This document shows positions 38,500 to 49,259 of a stretch of 64,000 nucleotides of DNA, piece by piece. The notes below the pieces were generated by a model. The model worked only from the letters and a program-made list of their open reading frames with translations. It did no database searches and was not told where the DNA came from. Within the stretch, counting starts at the first letter, position 1. The number at the start of each line of letters is the position of its first letter. The DNA is from Felis catus (Eukaryota): assembly GCF_018350175.1 (NCBI RefSeq), contig NC_058368.1, positions 209,686,001-209,750,000 on the forward strand, read 5' to 3'. The position numbers and the translations under genes are program-made.

Positions 38500-39579
38500 T
38501 CCATTACTGCTTTGTGAAAAGAAGGATGAAGAAGAGGAAGAAGAACAAAGGAGGAAGAGGAGAGAGAAAGACAGGGTGGTTATCCAGTTTGCTTTTCTCG
38601 AGACTTGAGATTAGTGAGAATTCTTCAAATTCATTACAATGTCTGGGTGGTGGAGGTGGTGTTAGGAGCTAAACCACTTCTCTGCTCAACTCCAGAATCT
38701 TCTCTTTCTTTCTTTGAACACCTGATGTTAAGGTTTGTAGCACTAGCTTAAACCCCTTTTCTTGTTTGGTGGTTGCTAGTAAAGTTTTGGATCATTCTGT
38801 TAGGTGAAGTAGGATAGAAGTCTTTTGAAGAAGTTCTAATCTTATATCGTATCCCAGAAGACAGATCCTGAGATTTTGAGTAATAAATTAGGCCTAAGTA
38901 TACCTAATCCAAGAGTTGTTAGAACAATACAATGGATTAATGTTTGCAAAATGCCCAGAACAGTATTTGTTGTGAAGAAGGCACGTTGATGGAATGCATT
39001 TGATTTAAATAAAATCAATTATTCGTCAAGTATACCAATAAAGCTAGGGAAAAAATAAAATGAATAACTGTAATAGCATCTTTACATATACTATAAACAT
39101 TGAAATATGTACACTTACAAATCATCTTCTCAAGATATGTGCATAGTTCTAATACTTAAAAATACTAATACTTTTACTACTGACAAAGGGCACATTATCA
39201 ATGCAGACATCCAAAACAAGTTTCCACTTAGACCATTAAGGTTGACCCTTAATGTATTTCCTGAATTATGATCTTTTTAGGTGAGTCAGGAGAATCAGGA
39301 AAAATCACAGTCATCTATGGGAACATGTCGATACATTTGCAGCCAATTCCTGATTATCACATGGGGATTTTCCACCTGTGTGATTATCAGTGCCTTCCAG
39401 ATGATGTCGAGAAAACAAAAAAAGATTCTGCTGTTTGGTATGGTGCAAATTAATGTTTCTTTCTTCTTTCTATTAGTGAAATCTAGACCAGATGGTATTC
39501 CCAAGCAAACCCTCCTATTCAGGAGTCTATAAACAGAACATGTCGTTCCATACCAACCCTATTTTAGAAATCTGTGCTG

Positions 39580-40442
39580 TCTCCTGTTGGTGGGAATGCA
39601 CAACCACTGTGGAAAACAGTATGGAGGTTCCTCAAAAAGTTAAAAATAGAATTAGCCTATCATCCAGTAATTGCACTACTGGGTATTCACCCCCAAAATA
39701 CAAAAACTCTAATTCAAAGGAACACATGCACTCCTATGTTTATTGCGGCATTATTTACAATATCAAATTATGGAAGCAGCCCAAGTGTCCACTGATAGAT
39801 GAATGAATGAAGAAGATGTGATATATATCTATATATCTATAGATAGATAAATATATATGTATTTTATATTATACATATTGGAATATTGTAAATATATTGT
39901 AATATATATAATATATATTATATATATTGGAATATATTATATAGGAATATATTACATATATTATATATGAATAGATTGTATTATATATTGGAATATATTA
40001 TATATTATATATATAAGGATATATATAATATATACATAATAGAATATTATTCAGCCATAAAAAGGAATGAAGTCTTGCCATTTGTAACAACATGGATGGA
40101 GCTAGAGATTGTAAGTGTAAGAGAGTGTAAGTCAGAAAGACAAATACCATATGATTGCACTCATATGTGGAATGTAAGAAACAAAAATGAGCAAGGGAAA
40201 AAGAGAGAGAGAGAGAGGAACCAAGAAACAGATTCTTAACTACAGAGAACAAACGGATGGTTTGGGGAGGGGAGGTGGGTGGGGGATGGGTGTACAGGTG
40301 AAGGGGATGAAGAGTGCACTTATCATGGTGAGCGCCGAGCACTGTATAAAATTGTTAAATCACTATATTTTACACCTGAAACCAATAAAACACTGTATGT
40401 CAACTATACTGGAATTAAAATAAAAACTTAAAAAAAAAACCC
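39580..40442 (+). mobile_element. 5'-truncated carnivore L1 with AT-rich internal expansion
   Basis: ORF 39574-39795 (QPLWKTVWRFLKKLKIEL...CTPMFIAALFTI) is the L1 ORF2 C-terminus; A tail; perfect 14-bp TSD agaaatctgtgctg at 39566-39579 and 40443-40456. Confidence 0.97.
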
Positions 40443-40626
40443 AGAAATCTGTGCTGCCTTTTCCATGAGCCTTCTGGAAGAATGACTCATTTGCCTTTAT
40501 TAAATGGAAAGTGAAAGGGAAAACCTTGAAGAACTACTTGTTCAAAGAATCAACCATATGTATTTGATAAAAATAAAAACAAAAATAAAAATAAACATAA
40601 ACATAAAAATAAAAATAAAAATATAC

Positions 40627-41050
40627 AGGGGCGACTGGGTGACTCAGTGGGTTGAGTGTCTGATTCTTGATTTTGGCTAGAATCATCATCCTAGGATTGT
40701 GGGATCCAGCCCTGCATACAGCTCCATGCTGAGCATGGACCCTGCTTGTAATTCTCTCTCTGTCTCTGTGTCTCTCTCTGTCTCTCTGTCTCTCTCTCTA
40801 AAATAAAAAAAAATAATAGGCAGCTGGGTGGCTCAGTCAGTTAACCAAACGACTCTTGACTTTGGCTCAGGTCATGATCTCGCGGTTTGTGGTTTTGAGC
40901 CCCAAGTCAGGTTCTGCATTGACAGTGTGGAACCCGCTTGGGATTCTCTCTTTTTCCCTCTCTCTTGCCCTTCCCCTGCACTCTCTCTCTCTCTCTCTCT
41001 CTCTCAAAATAAATAAATAAACTTAAAATAATGATAATAAAATACAAAAT
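40627..41050 (+). mobile_element. Two tandem CAN-SINEs (40627-40815, 40818-41050)
   Basis: Two heads, two (CT)n tracts and two A tails. Confidence 0.92.
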
Positions 41051-41124
41051 ATAAAATATATATATTGAAGAGTGACAGGGAGGACAATGTGAACTTTCCC
41101 CCCATTTTTTCTTCCCTTGTTTTC

Positions 41125-41275
41125 CCCTTATATGATTGTAAATTCCTATGCAGGGAGGAATTCAGTCTTATCCATCTTTTTATTCCACTTTCTGCCCCTA
41201 TCACCTAGCAGAATGACTGGCACAATTGTAGGTATGTAAAGAGTTTTTGAATAAATCAACATATGTATTTAATGT
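41125..41275 (+). mobile_element. LINE2 3' end
   Basis: gattgtaaattcctatgcagggagg...cacctagcagaatgactggcaca. Confidence 0.7.
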
Positions 41276-42855
41276 GTGAACTAAACATTCCAATCTGATT
41301 TACAGACATCCTTTATTAAGCTTGTCAGATCTAAAAACATATTTTTCATTTTCTGAGGAGCTAAACATACAATTAGAGGACTGTAGGACTAGTCATTATC
41401 TAATGCTACCAGAAGAATTGTTGTCACAACTCTTCTTGGAGACTAGACTATTCCCAAGCCTCCTTATAGTTAGGGTCAAGTGCATCATTTTGCCTCATCC
41501 TACTGGGAAGACTAGATTGTAGAAGTCATTTGGAGAGAACATTGTGGGTGTGGTCATCATATCTTCTCCAGGTATTGATGGTATTCATAGTATGATTGCT
41601 AGAGATTCCTCAAATTTCATATCTATGTCCTGACAATAGTCTTTTGTGAAAAAAGCAAATGACTACTTTTTATTATTGGGGTGTGTGTGTGTGTGTGTGT
41701 GTTAAACAATACACTTGACCAATACAGCCAAAGAGTCAAGAAAAGGCCCATGACTCATTTCTTGGGTGTTCCCTTTCTTGATGGGTGGCTTATGTAAGTC
41801 AAGGCTATTGCATTCTCCGAAATTAACAGGTGTGTGCCTACATATCGTCTTTTAATATACCTCCCTTCACAGTTGGTAGCATTCTCAGGATCAAAGGCTA
41901 TTCAAGTGCTGAAATGCTTTGCACTTTCTAGTCTACATAAGTTTGTTTATCCTCACCCTTCAATAGTGGGTGCCATCTGTTGTCCCTATATATCTGTTGA
42001 GGTCAGTTTTACCATTAAAACCATGTCAAATGCACTCGTGTCTCATGCAATGCTTTACATTATAGCACAATTTATCTTAGCTTTTGAGATGGAAACTACA
42101 TATATGTAGTTAAAGAAGAGTTGAGAATAGCCTGACAAGAAGCCAACCAGGTACAGGCTGACCCGCATGAAGTATTGCAAAAAGACAATCAGTAATAAGA
42201 ATTTGATGATACCTGTGCCAGGGATTTATCTTTAGAATTCAGCATCCCTACTTCATTCACTATTATCTGTCATGCTTTAGTATTTCCATTTATTAGGCAG
42301 GCTGGGGTGGGGACGTGGACTACGTCTTACGGTATATCCTGCATATTAGTTTTGAAAATTGTTATGGGCTCACACATCTAGGGCATAAAAGAAAACCAGT
42401 CAAGTCAAGTGAAATGAGCTGGAAGGTTAATGAATTTTGAAGTGATTGCCAGCCAGGCTGATACCACTCTTCTTGAGGTGGCTGGATCTCACTCATTAGC
42501 TACATAAATCCATCAATTAATACAAGGAAATTTAGTGGGCACTCACTCTACATCTATAACTATTGTTGCCACACTGTGCTAAGTGCTAGGTCACTTTTGC
42601 TGGTAGGATTTAGGGCATATACGTACACACATACCACTTCAAATGTTTAAATTTCAAAGTTAGGGCTTGGGACATTAAAGTAGATTTGAATGGATAATGC
42701 AATTTCATAATTTTTGTGACATAACTATAGCTTCATTAGGAACTTTTCTTTTGCATTTTCAAAACACTTCTGAAATATCTTGCTAAAGGTTACTGTTATA
42801 TGAGGGTGTTCTCTGTTCAAAAAAGGGCACGCTTCTTTTCTTCAGTGGGAACCCT

Positions 42856-42890
42856 TTATTTTTATTTAAAATAATTTTTAAAGTTTATTT

Positions 42891-42926
<36 letters not shown>

Positions 42927-43098
42927 ATGTGCACAAGGGAGGAAGGAGCAGAGAGAGAGAGGGAGAGAGAGAGAGAATCCCAAGGAAGCTCCACACCACC
43001 AGCGCAGAGCCTGATGTGGGACTTGAACTCACAAATCGTGAGATCATGACCTGAGCTGAAGTCAGACACTTAACCGACTGAGCCACCCAGGCACCCCC
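42856..43098 (-). mobile_element. CAN-SINE
   Basis: TSD tgggaacccttta. Confidence 0.96.
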
Positions 43099-43239
43099 AA
43101 TGGGAACCCTTTAAAAATAATACGATTGCTTCTTTAAAAAATATGTAATGAATTGAAATTATTCTTAAATATTCGGATTCACTTCTTCAATGAATTCAGT
43201 AAGATAATTCAAGCCCTTCTTACTCCCTTACCCTGACAC

Positions 43240-43352
43240 TTTTTATTTATTTATTTTTTAGACTTATTTATTTTTTAGTAATCTCTACACCCAATGTGGG
43301 GCTCAAACTCATACCCCTGAGATCAAAGTCACATGCTCTTCTGACTGAGCCA
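43240..43352 (-). mobile_element. Older short CAN-SINE
   Basis: agtaatctctacacccaatgtggggctcaaactca...ctgagccag. Confidence 0.85.
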
Positions 43353-43744
43353 GATATACCTATATTTTAGTTATTCTTGGGGACTCCTGCCTTGAAACAA
43401 TTGTAGCATTTTATTTTTTACTCATATATAAGATAGGTCTGTGGTTATTGGTAATTATTTAGTATGAAAAATCATGGTATCCATAGTGACTATGGGGAAC
43501 AAATCTTATCTTTACATTAGCTTGAGTAAGGAGAGGCAAATTAACCTTCATGAAACCTTGTCTTTGAAGAAGAAAAATTGGGGTGATAGAAGAAAGACTG
43601 AAGAAATGTGACCAGTTGCCAAAAAAGATGAGATAGCCTGATTTGGGGTTGCTGGAATTATTACTAATGATGAGAGGTATTTTATAAATGTTAGATATTA
43701 CATACAAACTGCCTAGAAAATATGCAAAATAATATACTTTCATG

Positions 43745-44323
43745 TCTGTATAGAAAATATGTTTAAAATATGTCTACAAATTCTTTGACACACGTACCTT
43801 CAAGAAGTGGAGTCTAAATTCCCTCTCCTGGAGTGTGGGCTGGACTTAAGGGTTCACTTTTAACAAATAGAATAAAGCAGAAGTGATAGCATGCAACTTA
43901 GGAGACAGGGTCATAAAGGGCACTGCACCTTCCTCTTCGTTCTCTCTCTTGGATTGCTTGCTTTGGGGAAAGCCAACTGTTATGTTTTAAGGACAACCAG
44001 GCAGCTCTGTAGAGAGACCCACACAGTGAGGAAGTGAGGCCTCCTGCTAAATAGCAAGTTAGGATCTGAAGCATCTTGTCAATGACCTTGTCAGTGAGCC
44101 ATCTTGGAAGTGGATTCTCCCACCCCAGTCATGTCTTCAGATGATTGCAGCCCTAGCTGATATCTTGACTTGCAACCACCTAAGAGGCTCTGAGCGAGAA
44201 GCACCAAGTAAATCTTCTCTGAATTCCTGGCCCACAGAAACTATGAGACAATTAATATTTGTTATTTTAAGCCACTAAATTGGGGAGGAGGGGATTTGTT
44301 ACACAGCAACAGATAACGAATAC
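43745..44323 (+). mobile_element. MaLR LTR (MLT1F-like)
   Basis: aagaagtggagtcta...gggctggactta, gagccatcttggaagtggattctcc, gttacacagcaacagataacgaataca end. Confidence 0.88.
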
Positions 44324-44789
44324 AAATTCCTATACTAGGATTTATTTTCAAGATGCAATTAATTCCAGCTGTTTTAATCTAAAAGAGGTATAATAAGGAG
44401 CTGGAAGGACTGGAGAAATGGTATTTCAGCCATATTTGCAGAATCACACCGCTATTTTCACCTATAAGAGGAGCTGCCACCTCTGAGGCTATTAAGAAAG
44501 TGAAAAATCGAGAAACTCCCCCCTGAAACTGCTGATTTCAATGGGCTCTCCCAAATGAATCAGGAAGCCTCTGCTACTATTGCCACTGCTGCAATACCCA
44601 CAAAGCTCCTACCTGGATATGGGGATGTGGCTCCAGAATAAAACCAGTGTGTGTATCTTTAGAATCAACCAAAGCTTCAGGGGAAAAAAAATGTCTCTGC
44701 TTTACTTCTGCCTTTCAAGTCTCATGGAAATACATCTCAGGAATGTTGTTTATAGCTTTCTAGCTTCTGTAGTGCAGGAAGGCACACCT

Positions 44790-45495
44790 TGGGTGTTGGA
44801 TATTTTTGTATTTCTATAAATATTCTTGAGCTTTGTTCTTCAACGCAGGTAAGTTACTTGAACACATTTTGATTCTTTTGAGTCTTGCTTTTAGGATTTA
44901 AGCCATGCTTAGTCTAGGCTAATTATTTCTCACTACTGAGGCAAAAACCTTCCAAGTAGTCTACCCAATGTCCTGTGGATGATGAGGTTTTCCAATCTAA
45001 TTGGTAGGCACCACTCCAGACCCAGTTTGGATGCCAGGCACTGTTTTTTTTTTCTTCCCTAATTCTTTCCTGTGCCTAAGATAATTTTCCTCACGCACAC
45101 AGGATGATCATTATTCTCCTGAATACTGAAGGAATAACCTTTGTGTATCTCTGAGGTCCTGTATATGCACAGCTCTCTCTTCTTTGGTATTGTCATGTGA
45201 ATTCTGTCATTTTGGTCTCTCTAGACTTTCAGTTCATTCTCCTTAACTCAGGAAGTCCATCTAGTTCCACCTGGGTTTTTCCTCCCTGCACTACAGCCTA
45301 GAAACTCTCTCAAGCCAGTAAGTGAAGGTAATTGCAGGGTTCACATCATTTGTTTCTTGTTCCTCAGGGATCACTATTCTTCATTGCCTGATGTCTAGTG
45401 TCTTCAAAACTGTTTTTTTCAAATACTTTCTCCTTCCGTTGTCGATGTGACAGATGAGAGCATAAATCTGCCCCTATTATTACATGTTGGTCCCT
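44790..45495 (-). mobile_element. Ancient L1 5' UTR (L1MC/L1ME-type)
   Basis: cagggatcactattcttcattgcctgatgtctagtgtcttcaaaactgtt...ctattattacatgttggtcc resembles old L1 5' ends in antisense. Confidence 0.7.
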
Positions 45496-46184
45496 TATTG
45501 ATTTTTTGACTGGAGCCTGTATCACATCCTGTAGGAAAGCATTCCAACCTAACACAGTATTATTTCCCAGGTGACATCGTCAGTGTCTACTTCAATAAGT
45601 TGTTCTACTGTTTTACAAGACTGATTGCTTCTGCGTGTGGGGATACATGGTAAGATCGTTGTTTGCCATAGGCATCGATTCATCCCATACCATTTTTTTT
45701 TTCTGTACATTTAGCTCTTTGGTCAGTAATTGAGTGAATAAGGCATTTAGTAAGTCTGTGAATAGTAGTACTGGCAGAAATAGGACAAATAGGAAAGATA
45801 ATACATATCCAGAATACATTTCTATTCCATTAGGACCATCTCTGCTTCCCTATGATGGAAGGTTTCCATTGTGGTCAACCTGTCACTAGGTACTAGTTTA
45901 TGGGACTGTATCATGGGCTCATTGCTGGTTTTTGTGGTTGGCCGATTAAGTTGCTCTGCAGTGGAAGTAGCCAGATCAGCCTTGGTGAGGGAAAGTCCAT
46001 CCCTCCTATCATGGGTGCCTATTGAGCAAGTACTGGGTGACTGGGGAAAGAGTCTGACTAACATCCATGAACAGTTCTACCTGTCCTCCAGGTTTTTAAG
46101 TGCTTCATCAGCAGTGGTTGACTTCTGATTAGCATTCACAAGGGCACAAATAGTTTCACACTTTAGGCCAATTCTGAGAGATTA

Positions 46185-46714
46185 TCTGTTTGTTATCTAT
46201 TGCTGTTTAACAAATCATCCCAAACTTAATGGCTGAAGAAAACATCTATTTTGCTTCTGAATCTATTTAGGCAAATCTTGCAGGGATAATACATCTCTGC
46301 TCTACTTAGTGTCACTAGGACTGACTTGAAGACCGAGGCTGGATTATTCTAAAGGTTTGGTCACTCACATATCTGGAAGTTGATGCTGAGATTGGCTAGG
46401 TCTTTGGCTGGGATTGGACTGAAACATCTACATGCGGCTTTTCCATGTGGGTGCTCAGTTTACTCACAGCATGGTTACTGGGTTCCAAAGGTAAACATCC
46501 CAAGAAGAGTAAAAGAAGCTGTATTGCTTTTTATGACAGCCTTATAAGTCACATGATATTGCTTCTGCCATAGTCATAGACCTGCCAGTCTCAAGGAGAG
46601 GGATCACAGATCTCATCTCTCAGTGAGAGAATGTCAGTGTCATGTTATAAGGAGTGCATGTGGGATGAGATATACTGGTATGGTCATCTGTGGAAAATAA
46701 GAGTCTGCCCCACA
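46185..46714 (-). mobile_element. MaLR LTR (MLT1G-like) inserted in ERV-L pol
   Basis: gttatctattgctgtttaacaaatcatcccaaactta start; cacagcatggttactgggttccaa; ends ctgccccaca. Confidence 0.88.
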
Positions 46715-47122
46715 ATCATATACTTCTTCTGTAGACTTCCTTATCACCAATTTTCATTCTTGTTCCTTTCAAGATCCTCACTGTATACCCAAATTGGTAG
46801 CCCTTACACATGGATTGATACTGGTCTATATTTCTGGGTGTGTATATTTCCAAACAGAGGATAAACACATACACTGCTTAAAGTTCTTGTCACCGAATGT
46901 GTCTGCCTTATTGTCCTTCATATAGCCAATGTGAGTAGCCCTGTAATGCTGAGGCAATCCATTTACGGAAGATGCCAACATGTTACGCAGAATGACCTGA
47001 AAACCCTTCTTTAATTTTTCTTATTCCCTAGGCAATGGATGAGAAGAAGGGGATAGGGCAGTGCATCAGGAGTAGGAATACTAAGGATGTAAGCTACATG
47101 TTTGTGAAAAATGTTAATGTCT

Positions 47123-47125
<3 letters not shown>

Positions 47126-47154
<29 letters not shown>

Positions 47155-47349
47155 TGTTTATTTTTGAGAGGGGAGAGACAGAGCATGAGCAGGGGAGGGG
47201 CAGAGATAAAGGGAGACACAGAATTCAAAGCAGGCTGTAGGCTCAGAGCTGTCAGCACAGAGCCCGACACGGGGCTCCAACCCATGAACCATTAGATCAT
47301 GACCTGAGCCAAAGTTGGACGCTTAACTGACTGAGCCACCCAGGTGCCC
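47126..47349 (-). mobile_element. CAN-SINE inserted in ERV-L pol
   Basis: Degenerate TSD aaatgttaatgtcttta / aaattctaacgtcttta. Confidence 0.96.
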
Positions 47350-47511
47350 TGACAAATTCTAACGTCTTTAGAACCTGCTTGAGCCTAATCTTTTTCCTTG
47401 AGGATGGAGTATAGTTGCACACAGCTTTAGTGTTTACTGGATCAGATAACACCTCAGTGCATGACGGGAAGATCAGGTTGCATAGTCACTTAAAATCCAA
47501 TGGTTCCATAG

Positions 47512-48467
47512 TGTGGTAAGCTAAATAATGGCTCCCCAGTACATCCACATCCTAATCTCCAGAACCCATGAATGTTGCTTTATATGGCAAAAGCAACTTT
47601 GCATATGTGGTTAGAATCTTGAGATGATTACCCAAGATTGTCTGAGTGGATCCAATGTAATCACATTCCCTATAAGAAGAATGTAAGCGGAATCTGAGGC
47701 AGAGTCAGGGGAAAGGGGGATGTGAGGATGGAAGCAGAGATTGGAGTGATGCCCTGAGAAGGAGGAGGAAGGGGCCAGAAGTCAAGGGCCACAGTCACTA
47801 GAAGCAAAAAATTCAAGGAAATAGATTCTCTCTTCAGAGCTCCTGGCAGGAACAAGTCCTAACAAAGCCTTGACTTCAGTTCAGTGAAACTGATTTGAGA
47901 CTTCTGACCTCCAGGACTGTAAAGAGAATAAATTTACATTGTTTTAGGCACTATATTAGTTTCCCGTAGCTGCTATAACAAATTACCACAAACCTTGTGG
48001 CTTAAAACAGCAGGAATATATTCTTTCACAATTCTGGGGGCCAGAAGTCTCGAATCAGTATCAGAGGGTTACAATCAAGGTATTGGGGGGGCAGGGGAGG
48101 GGGCGCTGCACTCCCTCTGAAGGTTCTAGGGCAGAATTCCTTCCTTGTTTCTTCTAGCTTCTGGTGGCTTCTGGCATTCCTTAAATTTGTGGCCACATCC
48201 CTCCAATCTCTGTCTTTGTCCTCACGTTGTCTTCTCTCTGTGTGTCTTTTCCTTTTCTGTCCTCAAACTGCCCTCTATCTCTCTCTTACGTGTGATTGTC
48301 ACATAATCACACATGTCACATTGAACTTAATCACATCTGCAAAGACCCTTTTGCCCCTATAAGAACCTTTATGGGTTCCAGAATTAGGACTTGATATCTT
48401 TGGTTGGTCCTTATTTAGCCTATTACAGCCAAGTTTGCAGTAATTTGTTACAGCCGAAACTAATACA
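47512..48467 (+). mobile_element. MaLR LTR (MLT1D-like) inserted in ERV-L pol, split by a second LTR
   Basis: tgtggtaagctaaataatggctcccc start; gtaatttgttacagccgaaactaataca end. Confidence 0.88.
47952..48427 (-). mobile_element. MaLR LTR (MLT1C/D-like) nested in the preceding LTR
   Basis: tatattagtttcccgtagctgctataacaaattaccacaa start; degenerate 5-bp TSD ggcac/gccaa. Confidence 0.88.
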
Positions 48468-48559
48468 GGTAGATATTAAGTCTCTACTAGGGCACAGTAG
48501 CAAGCCAAAAACTGTTTCTCAAAAGGAAAATAGTTTTTTTAAGTTTTTATTCTTATTTT

Positions 48560-48795
48560 GTTTTTAATTTTTTTAACATTTATTTATTTTTGGGAGACAG
48601 AGAGAGAGAGAGAGACAAAGTGAGAGTTGGGGGAGGGGCAGAGAGAGAAGGAGACACAGAATCTGAAGCAGGCTCTGGGCTCTCAGCAAGCTGTCAACAC
48701 AGAGCCCAGTACGGGGCTGGAACCCATGAACCATGAGATCATGGTCTGAGCCAAAGTCGAATGCTCAACCGACTGAGCCACCACCCGGGTGCCCC
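48560..48795 (-). mobile_element. CAN-SINE nested in the tail of the host SINE
   Basis: TSD agtttttattc at 48542-48552 and 48796-48806. Confidence 0.93.
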
Positions 48796-48812
48796 AGTTT
48801 TTATTCACTTAT

Positions 48813-48848
<36 letters not shown>

Positions 48849-48856
48849 TGTGTCAA

Positions 48857-48888
<32 letters not shown>

Positions 48889-49030
48889 AGAGAGAGAGTT
48901 GGGGAGGGGCAGAGAGAGAGAGAGAGAATCCCAAGCAGACTCTGCACTGTTAGCATGGAGCCCTACACGGGGCTTGATCCCACGAACTGTGAGATCATGA
49001 CCTAAGCAGAAATCAAGAGTTGGATGCTTA

Positions 49031-49259
49031 GGGGCGCCTGGGTGGCGCAGTCGGTTAAGCGTCCGACTTCAGCCAGGTCACGATCTCGCGGTCCGTGAGT
49101 TCGAGCCCTGCGTCAGGCTCTGGGCTGATGGCTCGGAGCCTGGAGCCTGTTTCCGATTCTGTGTCTCCCTCTCTCTCTGCCCCTCCCCCGTTCATGCTCT
49201 GTCTCTCTCTGTCCCAAAAATAAATAAAAAACGTTGGAAAAAAAATAGATTAAAAAAAA
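49031..49259 (+). mobile_element. Young SINEC_Fc-type SINE nested antisense in the host SINE
   Basis: Perfect 16-bp TSD aagagttggatgctta at 49015-49030 and 49260-49275. Confidence 0.98.

Noticed and set aside
39268..39453. GESGESGKIT as a myosin-like P-loop (GESGAGKT)
   Set aside because: The spacing does not fit GxxxxGK[ST] and the downstream sequence has no myosin similarity.
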